Origin: Patescibacteria group bacterium
Lineage (GTDB): Bacteria; Patescibacteriota; Doudnabacteria; UBA920
Direction: 5' to 3'
Length of the DNA stretch: 64,000 nucleotides
Assembly (NCBI GenBank): GCA_013387205.1
Contig: WARV01000008.1
Coordinates: 136 to 64,135, forward strand
Every line of letters begins with the position of its first letter. Within the stretch, counting starts at the first letter, position 1. The position numbers and the translations under genes are program-made. Below, piece after piece: positions 1 to 7,920 of this stretch. The notes beneath the pieces are model-generated. The model made no database searches. It was not told the origin of the DNA and was given only the letters and a program-made list of their open reading frames with translations.

Positions 1-1437
1 GGCGATAATATCGTACTGATAAGCTCTGATATCCAAGGGATCTTTGGTGTTTAAAGCCTCGAGTCCGCCTTGCGGCATGGAAAACGGGTTGTGCATGAAG
101 TCTATCTTCTTTTCCTTATCGTTATATTCATACATCGGGAAATCGGTAATCCAGGCCCAGGCAATAACATTCGGATCTTTTAATCCAAACGTATCACCAA
201 GCTGGTTGCGCAATTTGCCCAAAACTTTATTGACCAAATCTTTGCTGTCAGCGCCAAAGAAAATAATGTCGCCTTTATCAGCTTTGGTTTTGGTGATTAT
301 GGCCTTGGTTTCATCTTCGCTTAAGAATTTTAAGATAGGCGAGCGCATGCCGCCTTCATCCAAAACAATGTAAGCCAGCCCGCCGGCGCCTTCTTTTCTG
401 ACCATTTCGGTCAATTCGTCAATTTGGCTGCGGGTCAACTTGGCGCCGCCCTGGCAGCAAATGGCTTTTATTACACCACCGTTTTTTATCGCGTTTCCAA
501 AAACCGAGAATTGGGTATTCTTTAGATCTTCGGTTAAATTTGCCATTTCCATGCTAAACCTTAAATCCGGCCTGTCAGAACCGTATTTGTCCATGGCTTC
601 CAAGAAAGGCAAGCGGGGGAATGGCTTTTGCAAAACTTTTTTGCCGGCAAATTCTTCGGTCAGTTTAACGAACAAAGGCTCCATGACAGTAAACACGTCT
701 TCGTCTTTTTGGGCGAAGGCGATTTCCAAATCCAATTGGTAAAATTCTCCCGGGCTTCTGTCTGCGCGCGGGTCTTCGTCCCTAAAGCATGGAGCAACTT
801 GATAGTATCTGGGCACGCCACCGACCATAAGCAGCTGTTTGAATTGCTGCGGAGCCTGCGGCAGCGCGTAAAATTTTCCAGGATGCAAACGGGACGGTAC
901 CAAAAAGTCGCGCGCGCCTTCGGGCGAAGACGAAGTCAAAATTGGAGTGGTAATTTCTATAAAACCGTGCTCGTCCATGTATTCTCGAATCATCTTTATC
1001 ATTTCGTGGCGCTTTTTGAGCATGTTTTGCATTTTGTCACGGCGCAAATCCAAAAAGCGGAACTTTAAGCGCAAGTCCTCATTGACGTTTTCGTCAGCGT
1101 AAGCGATTTGGAACGGTAATGGTTTGGAAGAGTTCAGCAGGGTGATATCAGTAGTCAAAATTTCCACTGTTCCGGTCGGTAAGTTTGGATTTACGGTTTC
1201 TTTTGACCTTTCAACAACCTGGCCAGCGGCTTTTATCACGAATTCATCGCGGCACTTGTCAGCCGCAGCAAAAGCTTCCTTGTTTTCCGGGTGGATTGCC
1301 AGCTGGATTAGCCCTGTATGGTCCCTTAAATCAATAAAAATAACTCCTCCGTGGTCACGGCGGGAGTTGACCCATCCTTCTACAGTTATGGTTTGTCCAG
1401 TAAGTTTTGGCGTTTCTAAAGCTAGAGTTCGTTGCAT
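1..1437 (-). CDS. aspS: aspartyl-tRNA synthetase, N-terminal ~480 aa (gene continues past window start)
   Basis: Minus-strand translation from ATG at 1437 reads MQRTLALETPKLTGQTITVEGWVNSRRDHGGVIFIDLRDHTG...FYALPQAPQQFKQLLMVGG...APCFRDEDPRADRSPGEFYQLDLE.... These are class II AspRS OB-fold and motif 1/2 signatures. No in-window stop, so the ORF track lists only its antisense fragments (44-1462 +). Confidence 0.9.
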   Translation of the reverse strand, partial: MQRTLALETPKLTGQTITVEGWVNSRRDHGGVIFIDLRDHTGLIQLAIHPENKEAFAAADKCRDEFVIKAAGQVVERSKETVNPNLPTGTVEILTTDITLLNSSKPLPFQIAYADENVNEDLRLKFRFLDLRRDKMQNMLKKRHEMIKMIREYMDEHGFIEITTPILTSSSPEGARDFLVPSRLHPGKFYALPQAPQQFKQLLMVGGVPRYYQVAPCFRDEDPRADRSPGEFYQLDLEIAFAQKDEDVFTVMEPLFVKLTEEFAGKKVLQKPFPRLPFLEAMDKYGSDRPDLRFSMEMANLTEDLKNTQFSVFGNAIKNGGVIKAICCQGGAKLTRSQIDELTEMVRKEGAGGLAYIVLDEGGMRSPILKFLSEDETKAIITKTKADKGDIIFFGADSKDLVNKVLGKLRNQLGDTFGLKDPNVIAWAWITDFPMYEYNDKEKKIDFMHNPFSMPQGGLEALNTKDPLDIRAYQYDIIA

Positions 1438-1527
1438 ATATTTTTGCCGTATGCCTATCTAAAAAGCTTTGAAGATAGGTTTAACCGATAAACAGTCGGC
1501 ACGGCGAAGAGTTAAGAATTTACATAC

Positions 1528-1556
1528 ATTTTACCAGATTTTTTTGGTTTTGCCAA
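1528..1556 (-). promoter_or_regulatory. candidate sigma70-type promoter for aspS (TTGGCA-17-TAAAAT on minus strand)
   Basis: rc of 1551-1556 is TTGGCA, rc of 1528-1533 is TAAAAT, 17-nt spacer, about 90 nt upstream of the aspS ATG. Confidence 0.4.
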
Positions 1557-1599
1557 ATTTTTATTGCAAGTTTGTTAAGAGTGATATATGCTTTAGGTA

Positions 1600-1975
1600 A
1601 GCGAATTTCGCGAAATATACAAAAGGGAGGAAGTTCTATTAAGAAAACCATTTAAAAAAATACACTGCGTCGGGAAATCGCATCTGAGCGATAAGCCGTT
1701 TGCTTACGGCGTAAGCAGGATGGGGTTGGAGTAACGGTCTCCTGATGGTTGATTTTTTAGGTAGGCGAGCCAAAAGATATTAGCCATTCAGGGTCCTTGT
1801 GTCTGCCCGAAGGCCAGACAGGGAAACCTTTCAATCGTTGCATGACAATATCGCTAAGGCGCAAGCCTTACCCATCCAGTAATGCATTAATGGGCAAAAG
1901 GGAGTAGTGGCGAGCGAAACCTTAAAGCTTTAGGCGCCCCCTGTTTGATACTGGCAGACAGGGGTTTTTCTTTTG
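1600..1975 (+). ncRNA. unclassified structured RNA candidate ending in an intrinsic terminator
   Basis: ORF-free about 375 nt. Candidate promoter TTGCAA(1565)-17-TATGCT(1588). Local hairpins gcttacGGCgtaagc (1702-1716) and taaggcGCAAgcctta (GNRA loop, 1853-1868). Long-range complementarity caggatggg (1717) with cccatccag (1869). Terminator cccctgt...acaggggTTTTTCTTTT at 1936-1975. Confidence 0.35.
1936..1975 (+). terminator. rho-independent terminator (GC stem + T-run)
   Basis: ccctgtttgatactggcagacaggg followed by tttttctttt. Confidence 0.6.
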
Positions 1976-2049
1976 GGTTTTGCGAATGGAATGGCTCAAC
2001 CGTCGGTTGAGGTGTTCAGATGTCTATGTTTATTGGGTATTTTAATATA

Positions 2050-2152
2050 ATCCAAATTTACAGATATTATCCGAATCTACAGATATCTACAGATGTTTAC
2101 TAAGTGAATTTGTAGTTATCTGTATATCTGGATAATATCTGTAAATTTGGAT
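2050..2152. promoter_or_regulatory. large imperfect palindrome / candidate operator upstream of exonuclease gene
   Basis: 23-bp perfect inverted repeat atccaaatttacagatattatcc (2050-2072) and ggataatatctgtaaatttggat (2130-2152), flanking direct repeats of ctacagat, 70 bp upstream of the ATG at 2222. Confidence 0.45.
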
Positions 2153-2221
2153 TTATTTTGTCATTTTACCCAAAAACTTTTATAATTAACCTGAATCATT
2201 AAACAAAAATTTACATAATAC

Positions 2222-2806
2222 ATGGCTAATCTGAAAAAAATAGTTTTGGACTTAGAGACGCAAAAAGAATTCGCGGAGGTCGGGGGGCGGGGAAAAAACC
2301 ATTTGCTCAAAGTTTCCGTGTGCTGCATTTACGATTATTCGACAGGGAAGTATTCATCTTACGAAGAAGCGGAATTGCCAAAGCTGGCGCCGATCTTGCA
2401 AACCGCTGACCAGATAATAGGCTATAATATAAAAGATTTTGACTTCCAGGTTATCCAGCCATATTTGAATTTTGACATAAGCCAGGTGCCTTATTTGGAC
2501 TTGCTGGAAGAAATTGAAAAAACTTTGGGACACAGGATAAAACTAGAAGATGTCGCCCAGGCGACTTTAGGGACAGGCAAGTCAGGTTCTGGAAAAGAAG
2601 CATTGCTCTATTTTAAAAACGGGCGCATGGATTTGCTGAAAAAATATTGTCTGGATGACGTGAGAATAACCAAACAAGTTTACGAATACGGGCTTAAAAA
2701 CCAAAAATTGCTGTTCCGCGACTTCTTTAAAATGAAAGAAGTGACGGTAAAAATATCAGAGCCTGTTCCCAGGACCGGAGTAAAACATCAAGCAGCTTTA
2801 TTTTAG
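2222..2806 (+). CDS. DEDD-family 3'-5' exonuclease-like protein (RNase H-like fold)
   Basis: Motifs VLDLETQ (exo I), GYNIKDFDF (exo II), YCLDDVRITKQVY (exo III, YxxxD), consistent with DnaQ/DEDDy exonucleases. Confidence 0.6.
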   Translation: MANLKKIVLDLETQKEFAEVGGRGKNHLLKVSVCCIYDYSTGKYSSYEEAELPKLAPILQTADQIIGYNIKDFDFQVIQPYLNFDISQVPYLDLLEEIEKTLGHRIKLEDVAQATLGTGKSGSGKEALLYFKNGRMDLLKKYCLDDVRITKQVYEYGLKNQKLLFRDFFKMKEVTVKISEPVPRTGVKHQAALF

Positions 2807-2814
2807 CCTTGGCT

Positions 2815-3035
2815 AAAATAAATTGACCTAATTGCTCTAAATTATTATTAACTCATCCTGTCCTTCTCTTTAGCAAAGAGAAGGAACCAGCTTAGCAAGG
2901 CTATAATCTTTCTTAGCATGTTCTCCCTCTTTATCATGGAGACAGAGGGAGTTAGTATTAGAAATTAGAAATTGGGAATTGTTTAGTCCGCCAGCTGGCG
3001 GAAATTAGGTCAATTAGGTTAATTAGAAATTCGCA
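2815..3035. repeat. composite intergenic palindromic element: family A termini (aattgacctaattgctctaa ... ttaggtcaattaggttaattagaaat) enclosing family B core and a CCGCCAGCTGGCGG palindrome
   Basis: Family A 5' module at 2821-2840 and 3' module at 3005-3030. B core 2851-2952 with hairpins tccttctctttAGCaaagagaagga and ctccctct..agagggag. Same composite found inverted at 30005-30177. Confidence 0.7.
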
Positions 3036-3039
3036 GCCT

Positions 3040-3918
3040 ATGAAAAATAATCAGCAGATAATAATTGTTCTAGTGTTTTCTATTCTTTTGGCATTATTTC
3101 TGTCATCAGTCTTTTCAGGTAGAGTAATCCTTCCTCAATATTTTAGTTTGGGCCCTGTTACAATCAGGTATTATGGGATAACAATAGTGGTCGCTATTTT
3201 AGCGGCTTATTATTTGGCGATGAAACGCAGAATGGTTTACGGAATTGAAAATAAGGATGCGGAAAATATAATTTTTTGGACAATTATCGGGGGATTTCTC
3301 GGCGCGCGGGTGTATCACGTGTTTTCCAGTTTTGGTTTTTATTTACATCATCCTTTGCAAATTCTACAGGTCTGGAAAGGCGGCCTTTCAATTTACGGCG
3401 CTTTAATCGGCGGCGTAACCTCGATAATTATTTGCCATGAAATCTTAAATCTTAAATCTAAAATCTTAAATCTTTTTGACTGGCTCGCGCCATCCCTTCT
3501 ACTCGGCCAGATTATCGGCAGATTCGGTAATATGTTTAATTACGAAGCGTTCGGTTATCCAACGAATTTGCCTTGGAAAATGTTCGTGCCAATAGGCTTC
3601 AGACCGGAAAATTTATCTCAAAGCAACTATTTTCATCCTCTCTTTTTATACGAAGCTCTTGGTAATGCCATAATTTTGTTTTTCTTATTGAGATACGAAA
3701 AAAAGATGGGCCAAAGCGGTTACTTAGGGGCAAGGCCGGGACGGCTTTTCTTTATATATCTTTTATTGTATAATATATTAAGGTTTTGCCTGGAATTTTT
3801 AAGAGTGGACAGCACTTTTATTGGCATGTTCAGGTTGAATTCCATCACAAGCTTTGTTTTAGTATTAATATCTTTAGGCTTTTTACTTTTTAACCGACGC
3901 GATGCAAAAATATCATAA
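3040..3918 (+). CDS. lgt: prolipoprotein diacylglyceryl transferase
   Basis: Polytopic membrane protein with Lgt signature GGFLGARVYH ... GGLSIYGALIGG ... GRFGNMFNYEAFGYPTNLPW. Contains an in-frame atcttaa heptad repeat (3441-3472, LNLKSKILNL). Confidence 0.85.
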   Translation: MKNNQQIIIVLVFSILLALFLSSVFSGRVILPQYFSLGPVTIRYYGITIVVAILAAYYLAMKRRMVYGIENKDAENIIFWTIIGGFLGARVYHVFSSFGFYLHHPLQILQVWKGGLSIYGALIGGVTSIIICHEILNLKSKILNLFDWLAPSLLLGQIIGRFGNMFNYEAFGYPTNLPWKMFVPIGFRPENLSQSNYFHPLFLYEALGNAIILFFLLRYEKKMGQSGYLGARPGRLFFIYLLLYNILRFCLEFLRVDSTFIGMFRLNSITSFVLVLISLGFLLFNRRDAKIS

Positions 3919-4660
3919 TGTAATATCATTGGTAATCGGGATAGCTTTTTTGGTGCTGTTGCGCGAATTTTCCAATCCTGACCCGATTTTCAGAATTTTA
4001 GTTCCGGTCTTTTTGGTTTATCTTATCTTAGTGCTGCTATATAATTATTGGTATTTAAAAACCATACAAAAGTATAATTTTTGGATGCTTATTAAGCTGC
4101 TGATGCTGCTGATTAGCGGGTTCGGGATTTTTTTGGTCATGCCGACGGTGGGCTTAAGAAGCCTTTTTTTAGTAGCCAGTGTTTTCGTCGTTGCCTTGTT
4201 TGAATATGCCATTGGCAATTATTCGGAAAACGTGCAGATAAACGAAACAATACTCACGGCTTTCGGTATGTTTGTCGCTATCTTAGGCGCGGCTCTTTAT
4301 ATTCCGCCGTTTTTCAAGCCCTATGTAAATTTGCTATACTTGTCAGGGATTTTCTTGTCTTCGACAATAATTTCCAGGACATTTTTTGAATTCATCCCCC
4401 AGCCGGGCAAGATAAAAACAGCAGCCTCCGTCACCATGGGCCTTTACACCACCGAAGTTTTTTGGGCTTTAAGTTTCCTGCCTTTCCATTATTCCGCCCT
4501 GGCCCTGCTTTTGTTCGTGGTGTTTTATTTGTGTTTAATGCTTAATTATTATTATTTTTTCCAGACACTAAGCTTTAAAAAATTCCAGTTCCATTTGATT
4601 TTGGCATTGGTTTGCGTAAGCCTGGTAATGGTTTCAACTCCCTGGAAGATTGCAGCTTAA
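3902..4660 (+). CDS. hypothetical polytopic membrane protein
   Basis: 252-aa ORF with about 8 hydrophobic helices, 17-nt overlap with lgt, no recognisable motif. Confidence 0.55.
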   Translation: MQKYHNVISLVIGIAFLVLLREFSNPDPIFRILVPVFLVYLILVLLYNYWYLKTIQKYNFWMLIKLLMLLISGFGIFLVMPTVGLRSLFLVASVFVVALFEYAIGNYSENVQINETILTAFGMFVAILGAALYIPPFFKPYVNLLYLSGIFLSSTIISRTFFEFIPQPGKIKTAASVTMGLYTTEVFWALSFLPFHYSALALLLFVVFYLCLMLNYYYFFQTLSFKKFQFHLILALVCVSLVMVSTPWKIAA

Positions 4661-4682
4661 AATTTAACAATATTTTGATCTT

Positions 4683-5753
4683 ATGACAAAAAGTTCTTTG
4701 GCAAAAATTATTCTGCTTTGTGTAGTTTTATCTCTTTTAATGAACGTGTTTTTTGGCAGGTTCCTGGCGGCAAAAATTTCAACACTGCCGGCATTAAACC
4801 GCTTAAAGCTCATAAGCCCGCAAGCGCCCATAGTCATCAATACCCGGCAGGAGGTTAGGATTAGCGATACCGGCGACGCCATCCAGACAATTGATTCCAC
4901 CAAATCCAAACTGAGTCTGGTAATGGAGCAAAACGGCAACCAGCTAAGCCAGGTTGGAGCGGCGGTTAACTTAACCGGCGACGGATTGTTTTTGACAACA
5001 AAAACCGTTCTCGGCTCCATAAAGCCTGAGAATCTTTTAGTTAAACTGGAAGACGGCACCACAGGTGCTGTTAAAAATATCGCCTTGGATCCGGCAAGTA
5101 ATTTGGCGATTATAAAAACCGATTTGAAAAATGTCCAAGTGGCAAACATCGGGGATTCTAAAAGCCTGGTTACCGGGCAAAAAATAATATTTATAATAAA
5201 TTCTGTTTTGGACCGATCTGTGCAGTTTCAAAACAGTTTCGTCACCACAAGGCAGAATGAGTCAGGTTTTTTGCAGCAGTTGTCAGACTTTCCGGCCAGG
5301 GCTTTTGCCGCGCAGGCCGTGGGACAGTTGTCTAACGGTGAAGCCGTGGCTAATATGGACGGGCAGGTTGTAGGCATTTGGGATGGATCGAAAATAATTT
5401 CCAGCGATGTTGCCAAGGCCTTCGTCAGCAAGTATTTGGGCAATAAAGGCATTGTCCAAAGGCCGGCGTTCGGCTTTAAATATAAGACGCTCTTTCCTAT
5501 TGAAGCGAAAACTTTAAACCTTGCCCAGGGCGCGTATGTTTATGAAGCGGCCGCCGGGTCGGCATCGCAAAAGGCCGGCCTGCTTGCAGGGGATGTGATA
5601 GTTTCTGTTGATAATTCCAAAATTGACGAAAGCAACCAATTGGAAGAAATTTTACAAAATTACAAGCCCGGCGATAAGGCGGTATTCAACGTCGTTAGGG
5701 ATAATAAAAACATTAGCCTGACAATTGCCCCGGGAGTGCTCGCTACAAAATAA
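4683..5753 (+). CDS. HtrA/DegP-like trypsin-fold + PDZ protein, membrane anchored, apparently catalytically degenerate
   Basis: N-terminal TM, trypsin-like region (GDGLFLTTKTVLG, ANIGDSKSLVTGQKIIFI, LSNGEAVANMDGQVVGI) and C-terminal PDZ (GLLAGDVIVSVDNSKIDESNQLEEIL...GDKAVFNVVRDNK). Expected His (TTKTVL in place of TNNHVV-like) and Asp (NLAIIK) positions are substituted. Confidence 0.55.
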   Translation: MTKSSLAKIILLCVVLSLLMNVFFGRFLAAKISTLPALNRLKLISPQAPIVINTRQEVRISDTGDAIQTIDSTKSKLSLVMEQNGNQLSQVGAAVNLTGDGLFLTTKTVLGSIKPENLLVKLEDGTTGAVKNIALDPASNLAIIKTDLKNVQVANIGDSKSLVTGQKIIFIINSVLDRSVQFQNSFVTTRQNESGFLQQLSDFPARAFAAQAVGQLSNGEAVANMDGQVVGIWDGSKIISSDVAKAFVSKYLGNKGIVQRPAFGFKYKTLFPIEAKTLNLAQGAYVYEAAAGSASQKAGLLAGDVIVSVDNSKIDESNQLEEILQNYKPGDKAVFNVVRDNKNISLTIAPGVLATK

Positions 5754-5770
5754 TCATTAAAACCAAAAAT

Positions 5771-6220
5771 ATGATTCAAGGGGTAGAAATTAAGCAGCTG
5801 AAAACTCATTTGACCGAAGACGGGTATTTTAGGGAAATTTTGCGCGACAGCGACGGAATGCTCGAAAAATTCGGGCAGTCGTCAATGTCTTTGGCCCATC
5901 CAGGGTTTATTAAAGCTTTTCACTGGCACAAAAAGCAGGATGATTTATGGTTGATTGTCTCCGGACAGGTCAGGACAGTTTTATATGATACCAGGCAGGA
6001 CAGCAAGACCTTCAAGCAAACGCAGGTAATTATTATGGGCGAAGACGATCCGAAACTCGTGCTAATCCCCAAAGGCGTAGCACATGGCTACCAGGTTTTG
6101 GGCAACAAGCCGGCGGTGTTGTTTTATCACACCACCGAGCATTATGACCCGGAAGACGAATGCAGGATTGGTTTTGACGATAAGGAAATTAATTTCGATT
6201 GGTCAATTAAAAACGGATAA
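5771..6220 (+). CDS. rfbC: dTDP-4-dehydrorhamnose 3,5-epimerase
   Basis: Cupin RmlC signature FHWHKKQDDLWLIVSGQVRTVLYDTRQDSKTF ... GVAHGYQVLG. Confidence 0.85.
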   Translation: MIQGVEIKQLKTHLTEDGYFREILRDSDGMLEKFGQSSMSLAHPGFIKAFHWHKKQDDLWLIVSGQVRTVLYDTRQDSKTFKQTQVIIMGEDDPKLVLIPKGVAHGYQVLGNKPAVLFYHTTEHYDPEDECRIGFDDKEINFDWSIKNG

Positions 6221-6226
6221 AAATTT

Positions 6227-6769
6227 ATGGATAAAGAAGATTGGAAAGTATTATCGAGCACAAAAGCTCATGAGAATCCTTGGTTTGCCGTTATTGATGA
6301 CGAAATTATCCATTACAGCGGATATAAAAAACATTACTTTACTGTAGAAACTAAACCTGGAGTCTTTGCAATTCCTTTTGACGGCGAGAAAATTTTAATG
6401 GTCAGCCAATACCGCCATCCGCTGCGGCAAAGGATTTGGAGTTTTCCGGCAGGCAGTTGCGAAACGGATGATATTTTGGGAAATGCCAAAAAGGAATTGA
6501 AAGAAGAAACGGGTTATTCAGCAGGCAAATGGACGCTGATTGCAAATTTTGCCAGCAATACATCTTTGAATAACGCCGACTTGTCAGTTTATCTGGCGGA
6601 AGATTTGTCGGAAGGCCAGCACCAGCGCGAAGGAGGGGAAGTTGACATGACAATGGAGTTTAAAACTATAGATGAAATAGAAAATATGCTGCACGGAGAC
6701 GGGCTTGTAGGAAGCGATACGGTTGCCGCTTTTTATTATTTGAAAAAACATCTAAAGAATAGAAAATGA
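6227..6769 (+). CDS. NUDIX hydrolase
   Basis: Nudix box GSCETDDILGNAKKELKEETGY (Gx5Ex7REUxEExGU pattern). Confidence 0.85.
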   Translation: MDKEDWKVLSSTKAHENPWFAVIDDEIIHYSGYKKHYFTVETKPGVFAIPFDGEKILMVSQYRHPLRQRIWSFPAGSCETDDILGNAKKELKEETGYSAGKWTLIANFASNTSLNNADLSVYLAEDLSEGQHQREGGEVDMTMEFKTIDEIENMLHGDGLVGSDTVAAFYYLKKHLKNRK

Positions 6770-6863
6770 AAATTTTAGATTTATGCAGGGCGGGGCTTGT
6801 CCCGCCCCTCCTTTGACTAGAAAGTTATCGCAATGTGATTATTAAAATTGCAAGTATCAAATC

Positions 6864-7871
6864 ATGAAAATTCTTATTACCGGAGGGGCGGGGTTTATCG
6901 GATCCAACTTTGTCCACTATTGGCTGGAAAAGCATCCGGAAGATAAAATTACTGTTTTGGATAAGCTGACTTATGCCGGCAATTTGGAAAACCTGGAACC
7001 TGTCAAAGATAAAATATCCTTTATAAAAGTTGATATCTGCGACGAAGAAGCAGTCGAAAAAGCAATAAATGGAATTGATACCATTGTCCATTTTGCTGCA
7101 GAAAGCCATGTTGACCGTTCCATCACCGGGCCGGATGAATTTATCCGTACCAATATTTTGGGCACGCACGTGCTGCTTAAAGCCGCCCTCAAAAATGGGA
7201 TAAAAAAATTCCATCATGTCTCAACCGATGAAGTATTCGGACAGATTCCTTTGGAATCAAACGAGCAGTGGACTGAAACTAGCCCTTATAACCCGCGCAG
7301 TCCTTACGCGGCCAGCAAAGCTGCGAGCGATCATTTGGTCCGAGCTTACTTTACAACATACGGACTTCCAATTACCATCACGAACTGTTCCAATAATTTC
7401 GGGCCTTACCATTTTCCGGAAAAATTCATCCCGCTGGCTATCACTAATATTTTGGAAGGCAAAAAAATTCCTTTATACAAGCCTGGTAACCAGGTGAGGG
7501 ATTGGCTGCATGTTAAAGACCATTGCCGCGCGATAGACTTAGTGTTGCAAGGCGGCAAGGCAGGGGAAACTTATTTGGTCGGCAGCCAGCACAAGGAATA
7601 TACAAACTTAGATGTTGCCAAAATGATCTGCGCGTTTTTGGGAGTGTCGGAAGACATGATGGAATTTGTCGGCGACAGGCCGGGTCATGACGTAAAATAC
7701 GCCATTGACGCATCGAAAATCAAAAACGAGCTTGGCTGGCAGCCAGAATTCGAATTTGAACAATGGCTGAAAGCTACGGTCGACTGGTATAAACAAAACC
7801 AAGTTTGGTGGAAGAGAATCAAGTCCGGAGAATATCAAGAATATTATCAACAGCAATATTCAAAAAAATAA
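6864..7871 (+). CDS. rfbB: dTDP-glucose 4,6-dehydratase
   Basis: MKILITGGAGFIGSNFV ... YAASKAASDHLVRAY, extended SDR with YxxxK, RmlB-length. Confidence 0.9.
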   Translation: MKILITGGAGFIGSNFVHYWLEKHPEDKITVLDKLTYAGNLENLEPVKDKISFIKVDICDEEAVEKAINGIDTIVHFAAESHVDRSITGPDEFIRTNILGTHVLLKAALKNGIKKFHHVSTDEVFGQIPLESNEQWTETSPYNPRSPYAASKAASDHLVRAYFTTYGLPITITNCSNNFGPYHFPEKFIPLAITNILEGKKIPLYKPGNQVRDWLHVKDHCRAIDLVLQGGKAGETYLVGSQHKEYTNLDVAKMICAFLGVSEDMMEFVGDRPGHDVKYAIDASKIKNELGWQPEFEFEQWLKATVDWYKQNQVWWKRIKSGEYQEYYQQQYSKK

Positions 7872-7874
7872 GGG

Positions 7875-7912
7875 TTACTACGAAAAATGACGGCCGTCAT
7901 TTTTCGTAGTAA
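7875..7912. terminator. 38-bp perfect palindrome hairpin after rfbB
   Basis: ttactacgaaaaatgacggccgtcatttttcgtagtaa immediately after the rfbB stop. Confidence 0.5.
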
Positions 7913-7920
7913 TAAAAACT

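Noticed and set aside
44-1462. Four plus-strand ORFs (109, 100, 146, 112 aa) at the window start
   Set aside because: They are antisense fragments of the minus-strand aspS gene, which the track missed because it has no in-window stop.
1438-1700. Possible T-box leader for aspS on the minus strand
   Set aside because: No T-box or antiterminator motif (AATTAGGGTGGNACCGCG-like) found. Only a promoter and a small hairpin before the ATG.
1740-1760. Hammerhead-like CUGAUGG in the candidate sRNA
   Set aside because: A9 is G instead of A and no matching GAAA/stem III arrangement.
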